Positions 42,272-51,234 of a stretch of DNA of 64,000 nt are shown piece after piece. Origin of the DNA: Pirellulales bacterium (lineage in GTDB: Bacteria > Planctomycetota > Planctomycetia > Pirellulales > PALSA-1355); NCBI GenBank assembly GCA_963733035.1, contig CAVTBU010000004.1, forward strand, positions 421,619 through 485,618. The letters are read 5' to 3'. The position numbers were made by a program, and so were the translations under genes. A model generated the notes under the pieces. The model ran no database searches. It was not told where the DNA came from and was given only the letters and a program-made list of their open reading frames with translations. The stretch's first letter is position 1. Each line of letters begins with the position of its first letter.

Positions 42272-45200
42272 ATGAACCGAAAGACTCTGTTTGGTCGTGT
42301 TACTCGTTCGTTAACGGCGGAACGTCCCGAGTATGCTAGCGTGCGACTGGAGCCGCTCGAAGATCGCAAGATGCTGGTCGCGACGGTGTACGTGAATGAC
42401 GACTGGACCGACGTTGATAATCCGGGTGGACCGGTTCAAATCGGTGACTACGTCCAAAGCTCCATCGGCACCGATGGGGTCTCCGTCATCGCCGAGTACG
42501 GTTTCGACGCCTTCGGCACGGTCGAGGGGAGCACCCAACCAGGCGCTGCCACGATTTACGATGCCATTCAGGCCACGAGCACAGGCGGCACGCTGAATCT
42601 GTTGGGCGGCACCTATGCCGAGTCGGACATCGTCATTGATCGTCCCATGTCGTTCCTCGGCCAAGGTACCAGCGGCGCCACCGCCTCGGTGATCGTTCCG
42701 GAAGTGGTTTCGGCCGCTGTGCAAGAAAACTTCGGCGTCGGCACCCACTCGGGCATCATCATCTACTCGCCGACCGTCAACATTGCCAACGTCCGCGTCG
42801 ACGGTGCCGGCAACGGTTCATTGGCCGGCAGCTACAACTTCCACCAGGGCATCACCACCCTCTACGACACGCAGAACGGTGGCGACTACAATTCGCTGCA
42901 TAACGGTCTACTGCCCCTGATCCAACTGGGCGCGGACGGCAGCGGCGAGGGGGGGGCCGGCAGCTCGATTGCGGACCTCTCGATCGACAACGTCTCGGTC
43001 AGCAACGCCTACTGGCATGGCGTCACGATCTCGGCCCTCCAGGACCTGGCGTTCGATCCGGGTTCCGAGGAAAACTACAACCTGCAGATCACCAATTCGC
43101 AAATCAGCGACATCGGTGACGTCAAAGACGTCAATCGCGTGGGCGTTTTGCTGCAGAATCTGACCGACGAAAATAACTCGATGGGCAACGCCCGTTATGT
43201 CACCGTGACGAACGCGGGTGTCGGTTTCAAGTCAAATGCATATGGCTCGAGTCCGGTCTTTGGCCAGAACCACGGTGCCACCAACCAGTCGTACCTGCGA
43301 TATGTGACGGCCGTCGACCCGGTGGTCCGCGGTATTGACGTTGAGTTTGCCAACCGCACCGACGCCTACGGCTGGACCGTCACGCAAAGCAATCCGGCCA
43401 ACACCGCGGTGGGTGTTTATCTCAACTATGCCCGCTCACAACTGGTGGGAGCCACGATTACCGGGGCCAAGATCGGTGTCCAGGTGCAGAACGCCCCCGT
43501 GGCCTCGACCGGTACCGATGTGTTCTCTGGACTCGGTTGGGAAACGTCGATCACCGGTCCGGCCGGCGCGCCTGCCGGCTCGGTCGGCTGGCTCATCACC
43601 AGCGGCGCCGGCGATCAGTACGGCGTCAACACGACCATCAGCCCCGACGTCTCGATTTCCGGCTTCGAAACCGGCGTCAAGCTGGAGCAGCCCAACGCGC
43701 CTGCCAGCGGCTTGCAGAACGTGGTCATCTGGGCTGGTAACACGTATTCGAACGGTGGCAAAACGGCCCGGCTGTCCGGCAATACTACCGACATTTCGGT
43801 CGGCAACAATACCATGCTGAGTGGTGCCCCGAACGTCGCTGGCAACGTCGTGACTTCGGGCAATGGCACCATTGACCCGCGAATGTACAACTGGAATCCC
43901 CAGGACCCGTACTATTACGACGGCCCGGGGAATTCTGGCAACGGCAGTGCGGCCCCAGACAACGCCGACGTGCAAAACACCGGCAATGTCACCTTTGGCA
44001 GCAGCTCGACCTTCTCGACCCTGCTCACCAACAAGACAACCAGTGCCGACCTGTTCAACTTCAACAGTGCGGCAACCTACAACTTCACCGCCCCGCCGGA
44101 CAATCCGGTCGATGGCGTGGTGCCGCAGCCGTACGGGGCTCTGTTTGGCTGGTACCCACACATCACGCAGTCGGGCGACGGAGTGATGTCGGTCTCCAAC
44201 GGCATCAACGGCTACCAGTACGAGTACATGTTCGGCACGAACAACACGCCGATCACCAGCGGTCCGAACGCCGGCAAGTACCAACTCGTCGGCACCGACA
44301 TTTCCAACATGTCGCACATCAACATGAAAGTCATGTTGCGGCCTGAAAATGTCAGCCACATGTTTGCCTTCGGTCTAGTCGACTTCCGCGGCAACGTGAA
44401 TGCCTGGACGGTCGACGCGACGCAGCTCAGCTCGACGACCTGGACGACGCTCACCTTTAACTTGTTGACGCCGACCATCGACCTGACCGGCCCCGATAGT
44501 CACCTCGACTTGACGAACGTCGCCGGCTGGCTGTTCGGTGGCGACCAGGGTCTGGCCAACGACATGCACACGGTGCCCGTTGGCTTCACCGTGGACGACA
44601 TCAGCACCTCGAGCGTGCCCAACAGCGAGCTCAACGTGACTGGTACCGTGACCTTGGGTGGAGCAGCGCTGAACGTCAATCCGCAGTTTTCGCCGACGGT
44701 GGGCCAGTCGTGGACCATCATCAACAACGATGGGGCCGATGCCGTCTCGGGTACGTTCTCCAGCGTTACGCCAGGCTACTCGGTGTCCTACACCGCGGGC
44801 GACGGGAACGACGTGGTGCTGACGTACACCGGCACTTCTGTGACACCCATGACTGTCGTGGGTCAGCAGATCTTCTACAACAACTCGAGCTACGACGCCA
44901 ACACGCCCGCCATCAGCGCCTCGGACGACGCGGCGATCGCCACGGACAAGGCGGCCTTCAACGGCGTGGGAACCGCGCCAACCACGGCGTTTACCAGCTA
45001 CAGCAAGGGTATCAATGGCATCATGATCGATGTCACCAATGAGCCCGGCAATTTGTCGCTGTCCGACTTCACCTTCAAGGTCGGCACCAACAACATGCCC
45101 AACCTCTGGGCGAACGCTCCGGCTCCGACCGGTTTTTCGATCCGGCCGGGCGCGGGTGCCGGTGGTTCGGACCGGGTGGAAATCATCTGGGCCGATAGCG

Positions 45201-45823
45201 CCGTTGCCAACGAGTGGCTGCAGGTGGTGGTCCGAGGAAACGACACGGTCGGTGGCAACTGGACCAATACGGGGTTGACCACCAGCGACGTGTTCTTCTA
45301 CGGCAACCGCATCGGCGACAACTTCACCGGCGAGCCGCCAACGCTGGTCACCACCAACGCAGGCGACGAGATTTACGCTCGTAACAACACGGGCTTCTTA
45401 TTGCCGGTCACCAACATCACGGACTTCAACAAGGACAAGTTCGTGAACGCGGCCGACCAGATTGTCGCCCGCAACAACGGTGGCTTTTTGACCCGCGTGA
45501 TCAACTGGGTTCCACCGGCCGCTCCCGTAGCGTCGCCGTCGGTGGCCACCAGCAGCAGCGATGGGACTGGTTCGGCCGTGGCTTCGGCCCTGGCTATTCA
45601 TGCCACGCCCAGCCTGCCGAACGTACCGGGCTGGATCGCCTCGCGACTGGCCAGCGTGGACCTGAACAGCGGCCCGATCGCCACGGTGTTCACGCACCTG
45701 GCCGCGGCCGACACGCCTCGCACCCGGCAGCTTTTGCAGGCAGTCGATCAACTGGCCGATGATCTCGGTCTCGACGATTCCTTGCTGGATTCGCTGATCG
45801 GTGACGTCGACGAGACCGCCTGA
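42272..45823 (+). CDS. Large extracellular protein: planctomycete extracellular motif, beta-helix, CBM-like module, passenger-like motif, FYNN domain, dockerin-like repeat
   Basis: RLEPLEDRKML; TIYDAI..GGT.NL.GGTY.E (pectin-lyase-like start); W.TLTF.L...LDLTNV...VDDI (galactose-binding/CBM-like); TIINNDGADAVSGTF..GDGNDVVL; NAGDEIYARNN / DFNKDKFVNAADQIVARNN. Confidence 0.85.
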   Translation: MNRKTLFGRVTRSLTAERPEYASVRLEPLEDRKMLVATVYVNDDWTDVDNPGGPVQIGDYVQSSIGTDGVSVIAEYGFDAFGTVEGSTQPGAATIYDAIQATSTGGTLNLLGGTYAESDIVIDRPMSFLGQGTSGATASVIVPEVVSAAVQENFGVGTHSGIIIYSPTVNIANVRVDGAGNGSLAGSYNFHQGITTLYDTQNGGDYNSLHNGLLPLIQLGADGSGEGGAGSSIADLSIDNVSVSNAYWHGVTISALQDLAFDPGSEENYNLQITNSQISDIGDVKDVNRVGVLLQNLTDENNSMGNARYVTVTNAGVGFKSNAYGSSPVFGQNHGATNQSYLRYVTAVDPVVRGIDVEFANRTDAYGWTVTQSNPANTAVGVYLNYARSQLVGATITGAKIGVQVQNAPVASTGTDVFSGLGWETSITGPAGAPAGSVGWLITSGAGDQYGVNTTISPDVSISGFETGVKLEQPNAPASGLQNVVIWAGNTYSNGGKTARLSGNTTDISVGNNTMLSGAPNVAGNVVTSGNGTIDPRMYNWNPQDPYYYDGPGNSGNGSAAPDNADVQNTGNVTFGSSSTFSTLLTNKTTSADLFNFNSAATYNFTAPPDNPVDGVVPQPYGALFGWYPHITQSGDGVMSVSNGINGYQYEYMFGTNNTPITSGPNAGKYQLVGTDISNMSHINMKVMLRPENVSHMFAFGLVDFRGNVNAWTVDATQLSSTTWTTLTFNLLTPTIDLTGPDSHLDLTNVAGWLFGGDQGLANDMHTVPVGFTVDDISTSSVPNSELNVTGTVTLGGAALNVNPQFSPTVGQSWTIINNDGADAVSGTFSSVTPGYSVSYTAGDGNDVVLTYTGTSVTPMTVVGQQIFYNNSSYDANTPAISASDDAAIATDKAAFNGVGTAPTTAFTSYSKGINGIMIDVTNEPGNLSLSDFTFKVGTNNMPNLWANAPAPTGFSIRPGAGAGGSDRVEIIWADSAVANEWLQVVVRGNDTVGGNWTNTGLTTSDVFFYGNRIGDNFTGEPPTLVTTNAGDEIYARNNTGFLLPVTNITDFNKDKFVNAADQIVARNNGGFLTRVINWVPPAAPVASPSVATSSSDGTGSAVASALAIHATPSLPNVPGWIASRLASVDLNSGPIATVFTHLAAADTPRTRQLLQAVDQLADDLGLDDSLLDSLIGDVDETA

Positions 45824-45837
45824 GGTTTGACAACGAC

Positions 45838-45878
45838 CTGTTGGTCGCCCCCAATAACGGGGGCGACCAACAGTTTTT
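45838..45878 (+). terminator. Intrinsic terminator
   Basis: CTGTTGGTCGCCCCC-AATAAC-GGGGGCGACCAACAG perfect 15-bp stem + TTTTT. Confidence 0.92.
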
Positions 45879-45899
45879 AGAATTTTTTCCAGAATTGGA

Positions 45900-45927
45900 T
45901 TGCAAAACCAGAATCGTTAACTAAAAT
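45900..45927 (+). promoter_or_regulatory. sigma70-type promoter for second PEP-CTERM gene
   Basis: TTGCAA (45900-45905), 16 nt, TAAAAT (45922-45927); AT-rich upstream. Confidence 0.6.
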
Positions 45928-45931
45928 CAGA

Positions 45932-46256
45932 GCCGTGAAGCCCGGCAGTGGTTTCACGGTCAACTCAGAGAGGGAATGCTAATGTAGGTTGACGTGAGTC
46001 GTTCGCTTGCCTGACAAGGGTAGGCTGCTCACGCCCAATTAAGCATGCGACGTGGCGGATCTTCAATCCGCCCGATGTCGTAAGTCGTGACGCATGCACG
46101 CACAGATTTCAAGGGGATTTTCCCCTTTTGGGTGGCAGAACGACAAGGATGTCAAACGAGTGTGTGTCAGTTCGGGGCTCTCATCTCGGACGCAAGTCCA
46201 AGCCTCGGGCCAATCAACTACTGATAACCAACTGAGTGACTGAAGGAGACTATTAC
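45932..46256 (+). ncRNA. Candidate highly structured 5' leader RNA
   Basis: Back-to-back stems: 45932-45960 (11 bp), 45959-45993, 45993-46033, 46043-46097 enclosing GGCGGAT/ATCCGCC, 46111-46127, 46173-46207 with GGAC-GCAA-GTCC GNRA loop, TCAGTT/AACTGA 46167-46235. Confidence 0.55.
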
Positions 46257-46850
46257 ATGCTTCGAAAAGCGTTTCTTGCATCTCTAGCGGTGCTCTGCCT
46301 AACGGCAGTGGCGACCGCTGCTCCGACGATCGTCGCCGGCGACTGGGTCATGGGTCAGAACACGACCACCGTGATTCAGATTACCACGACCGGTGTGCAG
46401 GGTGACGAGTACCAAGGAGCCGACTTGCAGTTTGCCATTGGTGGCGGCCTCACTGGCCCCATCGCGACTGCTCTCGACATGGTCGGGCCCGGTACCGTGT
46501 TCAACGGCAACAACAATGGTCAGCAGGACTACGGCAATCCTCCGTGGCAAACGCCCGGTCGTGAGCCGCAGGCCTTCATTACGACGCTCAGCGGCTTCGT
46601 TGGTCCCAACGGCGTGCTGGCGTTCGTAACGCTGGACTCGACGGGTATCGCCCCAGGCACCTACGCGATTACGCTGACGCATCCCGAGCTGGGTCCGTCG
46701 GACTTGCCGCCGTTCTTCACGCCGGATACGCCCCTGATCGATGGCACCATTACGGTCACGCCCGAGCCGGGCAGCATCGTGCTTGGTCTGTTCGCGGCCG
46801 CTGGTATCGGTGCCGTGGCGATTCGTCGCCGTCGTGCCCGCAAGGCCTAG
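46257..46850 (+). CDS. PEP-CTERM protein with a single cohesin-like beta-sandwich domain
   Basis: RBS AAGGAG; signal peptide ending ATA; TPEPGS + TM + RRRRARKA (solid); cohesin-like strands GADLQF.I, NGVLAFVTL, GTYAITL, DGTITV (inferred). Confidence 0.85.
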   Translation: MLRKAFLASLAVLCLTAVATAAPTIVAGDWVMGQNTTTVIQITTTGVQGDEYQGADLQFAIGGGLTGPIATALDMVGPGTVFNGNNNGQQDYGNPPWQTPGREPQAFITTLSGFVGPNGVLAFVTLDSTGIAPGTYAITLTHPELGPSDLPPFFTPDTPLIDGTITVTPEPGSIVLGLFAAAGIGAVAIRRRRARKA

Positions 46851-46876
46851 TTCGACAAGTTCGAGCAAGAAGTTTC

Positions 46877-46911
46877 AAACCCGCACGCAGGCAACTGCGT
46901 GCGGGTTTTTT
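46877..46911 (+). terminator. Intrinsic terminator
   Basis: AAACCCGCACGCAG-GCAA-CTGCGTGCGGGTTT + T run. Confidence 0.92.
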
Positions 46912-47202
46912 CTTGCGCTCGAAAGTCCTACTGAGGGAACAACTAGACTCTGCGTGGTGGACACTCACGATGTCCACAATCGTCCGAAGCCACGACAATG
47001 CCCAAGGTGATGTGTGCCCCTGTACGGGTCATGGCCTTCTTCACGGCAACCGCACAGGATACGCCCAACCATGGGAGCCAGGAACTGTCCAGTCGCCGCA
47101 CTGGGCACGACCGCCCCGAGAAACTGCCCGCGAGAGAGGCGTTTGGAAGGGCCCCTCAAAGCGACCGCACGTACGATTACCGCGAGGGCGTCTCTGATTC
47201 GC

Positions 47203-47511
47203 CTACGGAGAGGACGACGAGTCCAGATTGTTGAAGTAGTCGTCCTGGTCGGACGGCAAAGGTTCCAGCGGCTCCTCGGCTGCCTCGGCGCGCTGTTGTT
47301 CCAGGGCCGGTGTCGGTTCGACCGGTGTCGTGGGTGGCGTGCCATACATGGGCGCGAACGTCGAGTTATATCGTGCGCCGTAGTTGCAATTCGGATGGCC
47401 GTTCGGATTGATCACCGCGTTGCAATAGTCCCACGGTGACTGGCACATCGGCGCACAGCCGGCAATCGCCACCACCAGTGCGGCTGCCGCTATGGGAAAG
47501 CGTTTCGTCAC
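47203..47511 (-). CDS. Small Cys-containing lipoprotein, unknown function
   Basis: Lipobox VAIAG-C, then CQSPWDYC...C..GARYNS, Pro/acidic tail; GAGGTG RBS. Confidence 0.7.
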   Translation of the reverse strand: MTKRFPIAAAALVVAIAGCAPMCQSPWDYCNAVINPNGHPNCNYGARYNSTFAPMYGTPPTTPVEPTPALEQQRAEAAEEPLEPLPSDQDDYFNNLDSSSSP

Positions 47512-47514
47512 AAC

Positions 47515-49356
47515 TCACCTCGTGGCCGGTCGTGGCAGCCGACCGACGTGCGCGGCTCCGTCCGGCGGCTCGCCGGACTCCAGCGCGTCGGCCCCTACCG
47601 GGGGACCTTGAAGTTTCCACAATCTGTACCGAATGCAACGGTTGTTATCATCGGCAAATCGGTACTCGATAATTGGGATAACTTCGCCACGGGTTTGCAA
47701 GTTTTCACACATCCCGCGTTTTTCCGCCAGCACCGGACTGCTGGCATCCGTGCGCCCCGCGGCGGCAGGCAAAGCATCGACCGGCTCGGCCAGCAAGACA
47801 TACGAGGCGCCGGCGCGGCGCCCCGCCGAAACCACCGCGTGGCCTCGAGCTGGGTCATCACCCCAGACGATCGGCTGTCTCGCGTGGCGCGTGGCACAAG
47901 TGAAATAGAACGCATTTGGATCCTCGGTCAGCAGCACTTGGCCCTTGGCGTCAATCGCATTCAGGACCGAAGCTGCCCGGTAGTTCCCTTCGCGACTGAG
48001 CAAAAACTCCTCGCGCGTTTGCCAACCGACCGCAACCGCCAAACAGGGCGTCGTGCTGCGCCACAGCGTTGCCAGGTCGGCCATCACCGCCAGTAGTACC
48101 ATGCTGAGTGCGACCCATCGGGGGCCCACCGGCAACCGCCCCATTTCGCGCCACGTCCAAGCCGCCAGGACGGCGCCGATTGGAACAACGGGTGCCCAGA
48201 CGTGACCTCCCAAACCCAGCCCCAAGCCAATTGCGGTGTAAATCGCCACGGCGCACAACAACGGAGCAAATCCACGCAGGCGGCGGGCAAACAACAATCC
48301 CCCAAACGCAATCGCAATGACGGGCCCTAGCGTCGCGAGCGGTGCGATGCTGCTGGAATGAGTCGAGCCCAGCGCCCCACTCCCAATCCAAGGGAGCGAG
48401 ACGACCAGCGCCACAAGCGACATTTGCCAACAACTCCACCGCAATCTGACGTCTAGCGGTCGCTTGGCCCAGGCAATCGTGCCTCCGATTGCCGCGAGTG
48501 CCAAAGCAAACAGGGCACCCGCCGGGTCAATGGACGCCGCGGCGCCGGCCATCAAGCCAGCGGCCACGGCGGCTCGAGCGTTTTCCGGTTCAAACCAGGT
48601 CCGACGGGTGGCCGCCAGCGCCAAGGCAGCGAAAAAGGCCAGCGGCACGCCTTCCAGCGGGACCCCCAACTCTCGCTGAACCGCCGGAACAAGCAGCGCC
48701 GCCACGCCGGCCAGCCAAGACAGCCTCGCCCCCAGCAGCGGACGTCCCAACAACACCGTTGCCAGCGCCAGCAGCAAACCCAGGCCCCAGTGCACAAGAT
48801 TGGCGGCCACTGGGCCATCGAGTGCCAAGGCCCACACCGACCCGATTTGTGAAAGGTTTGGGAAAGCCGCGTGCGGCCCGGCCGGGGAAATCCCATGGCT
48901 CAGCAGCATCTCCTTCGGCACCGCCAGAGATCGCGAGAGGACCTCTGGCGAAAGAGGCGGCGCCAACGCGCGAGCAAACGTGGCTCCTAAGACAAACGTC
49001 GCGAGTGCCAGCGCCGGCCCAGCCTCGCTTCGCACTTCCACTCGTCTTAAAACGCAAAACCAGAATTGTTTCACTCCCTGACTGCACGTGGCGATCGCCA
49101 ACGACAATTCCACAGTCGCCCACAAGATGCCGCACAGCGAAACGGCAAGCACCACAACTTCGCTTAACCATCCCACAAGCGCCAGGGCGGCAAGTCCGCC
49201 ACTTGCGACCAGCACCCCAAACGCAAGGCTCCAGACGGCGATTCCGAGGAACTCGTCGACGTCGAGACGTAACGCCCGCAGCACGGGCCGACCGAATCCA
49301 AAGGCGGCCAATGCGATGCCCAAAAACGCCAGCAACGATCGCAACAGGTCAAACAT
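47515..49356 (-). CDS. Polytopic membrane protein, GT-C/ArnT-like (divergent)
   Basis: More than 10 hydrophobic segments; APP...L.VPK and FP.L periplasmic loop pattern; GWQTREEFL C-domain. Confidence 0.6.
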   Translation of the reverse strand: MFDLLRSLLAFLGIALAAFGFGRPVLRALRLDVDEFLGIAVWSLAFGVLVASGGLAALALVGWLSEVVVLAVSLCGILWATVELSLAIATCSQGVKQFWFCVLRRVEVRSEAGPALALATFVLGATFARALAPPLSPEVLSRSLAVPKEMLLSHGISPAGPHAAFPNLSQIGSVWALALDGPVAANLVHWGLGLLLALATVLLGRPLLGARLSWLAGVAALLVPAVQRELGVPLEGVPLAFFAALALAATRRTWFEPENARAAVAAGLMAGAAASIDPAGALFALALAAIGGTIAWAKRPLDVRLRWSCWQMSLVALVVSLPWIGSGALGSTHSSSIAPLATLGPVIAIAFGGLLFARRLRGFAPLLCAVAIYTAIGLGLGLGGHVWAPVVPIGAVLAAWTWREMGRLPVGPRWVALSMVLLAVMADLATLWRSTTPCLAVAVGWQTREEFLLSREGNYRAASVLNAIDAKGQVLLTEDPNAFYFTCATRHARQPIVWGDDPARGHAVVSAGRRAGASYVLLAEPVDALPAAAGRTDASSPVLAEKRGMCENLQTRGEVIPIIEYRFADDNNRCIRYRLWKLQGPPVGADALESGEPPDGAAHVGRLPRPATR

Positions 49357-49414
49357 TGACAGTCAACCCTGCGCGGCGGATGGCGGGTTCGAGAGGGATG
49401 TGGGCAATTGAATC

Positions 49415-49636
49415 CTAGGGGCCCTTGCCCCACCACGTTCCACGCGTCAGGCAGAACGTCACCACGGCAATGGTCCAGCCCACGAAAAGCCACGCTAAGA
49501 GTCGGGAAACGGGGGGAGCGGACGCGGTCGCACCGCCGCCGGCCGGGCCAAAGAAAAAGTCGGCCACAGCGCGTCGCGCGGAAGCCAGTTGCGTGGCGGT
49601 ACGTGCGCCACGCGGGGGGCGGATGGGAGCGATCAT
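49415..49636 (-). CDS. Small single-TM protein (73 aa)
   Basis: ATG overlaps the upstream HAD stop (ATGA); C-terminal TM LLAWLFVGWTIAVVTFCL. Confidence 0.55.
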   Translation of the reverse strand: MIAPIRPPRGARTATQLASARRAVADFFFGPAGGGATASAPPVSRLLAWLFVGWTIAVVTFCLTRGTWWGKGP

Positions 49637-50460
49637 GGCTGTCGACCTCCGTGCGATGCCGTTGCGAACTGGAGCAAAGCGGCGCCGCTGGCGGGTGCGG
49701 CGGGCTTAACGTCTTTGAGCGACCGAGATCCGTCGGTAAGCGAAATGAGCTCTTCCAACCGTGACAAAAAGAAGTCAGCTCGGGCGGTCTCGTCGTAATT
49801 GACCGCAACCGTCTTCAGTCCCGCGTTCGCGGCACTCGCCAGGTGCTCCGTGTCGTGCCCGACATACAAGGCCTCGCTCGGTTGACACTGCAAACTTTCG
49901 ACAACAGCCCGATAGCACTCCTCGGCGGGCTGCACCGCCTCCAGTTCAAACGAGGTATGCACCGCGGCAAAACGAGCTGCCGGCACAAGGCGTTCGAGGC
50001 GCTGGGCCAGCTTTGCCGACGTGTGAGGAACGTCGGCCCAAGCCACCAGTGGAATTCCCCGCCGATTCAGTTCCTCGACGACGGGAACGACGCCCAGCAA
50101 CGGCCGCACGTCGGCTTCCAGTTTTTGCCGCTTGATGCGACATGCGGCCTCGATCTCGTCAACCTGGGCCCAAGTCAGCCCATGGCTCAACAACAAGCTC
50201 TGCAGTGCCTCGGCGTACTCGCGGCGGCCGCGGTGCACGTCGACCAGCTGCAATTCCCAGGCGCGGTTGAAGTCCGCGTACGATGTCACGGATCCCACGC
50301 GAGCGAGCAATTGAAACAACCAACGGCGCCACAACGTGGCATCGTAAAACACATCTGGAACGTCGAACACGATGCCGCAAAGCGACAGCGGCGTGGGGCG
50401 GCTGCCGTCGTCAAATTCCACGGTTGGCAACGGGGCCGCACGTGGCGGGGCTGTGGACAT
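49633..50460 (-). CDS. HAD-superfamily hydrolase-like protein (divergent motifs)
   Basis: GIVFDVPDVFYD, F..V.TSFEL...QP...Y, LYVGHD...A..AGLKTV. Confidence 0.75.
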   Translation of the reverse strand: MSTAPPRAAPLPTVEFDDGSRPTPLSLCGIVFDVPDVFYDATLWRRWLFQLLARVGSVTSYADFNRAWELQLVDVHRGRREYAEALQSLLLSHGLTWAQVDEIEAACRIKRQKLEADVRPLLGVVPVVEELNRRGIPLVAWADVPHTSAKLAQRLERLVPAARFAAVHTSFELEAVQPAEECYRAVVESLQCQPSEALYVGHDTEHLASAANAGLKTVAVNYDETARADFFLSRLEELISLTDGSRSLKDVKPAAPASGAALLQFATASHGGRQP

Positions 50461-50491
50461 CAGATTCCTTTCTGCAAGTCCGCGTTCCACA

Positions 50492-51234
50492 CTAGGCCGA
50501 CAACGCAGCGCGGTTCAAGTCCGCCATCCGATCGCGGAGGGCTGGCTGGCTGTGCAGCAGCTCGGTAATCCGCCGCCAATCCCATTCCTCATGGCCAAGT
50601 GCCTCATAGATCACTTGGGCGTGCTCCCAATCCTCTTCTCCGTCGATCCGCAACCTCAGGTCCTCGCGGTCCAATTCGGCCGGCAACGGAATCAAACGCA
50701 CGCTGAAAACTTCAGGGTGGCCGTACAGGTAGGCGGTTGCGTGGTGGCGTTCCGCGGGACTGGACGCGTTTCGCGCCGCGCGACTCAGCGCGGCCACCGT
50801 GCACCACTCGGCCAAAACGCCCAAGTGCGTCAGGATGGCAGGGCGACCGTCGCCCCGACAATAGCCAATGTAGTCGCAGTTCGGGTGCGCGTCGGCTGTG
50901 CTCACCAGCCGGTCGACAAGGACCGGATCAATGAACGGATTGTCCGCCGAGATGTGGACGAGTGATTGCGCGCAAGTTGCTTGCACACCGCGTCCATGGC
51001 CGCCAGCGGATCACGCCCGCTGGTCGTCATCACTTCCACATCGGGGGGAACCAACGAACGAACCAATTCCTCGTCAACGTCGCTGCACAGGACGACAACC
51101 GCGTCGAGGCGTTGACAGTCGGTCGCATGCCGCACGATCCATTCCAAAACTGGCTTGCCGCCAAGCTTGCGGCCAATGTTCCAGTTACTGCCAACCTTGC
51201 GGCGAACTTCGACGATTCCCAGCGTGTTGAGCAT
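50492..51234 (-). CDS. SpsF-like cytidylyltransferase/NTP-transferase family protein, frameshift near 50972
   Basis: LGGKPVLEWIV, D.VVV, VHISADNPFIDP.L.D, ERHHAT.Y.Y.HPE.F, LRLRID..ED. Confidence 0.78.

Noticed and set aside
7050..50975. Pseudogenes or programmed ribosomal frameshifts
   Set aside because: No canonical slippery heptamers or accumulated stops; housekeeping genes are hit; the shared GCGC context favours sequencing error.
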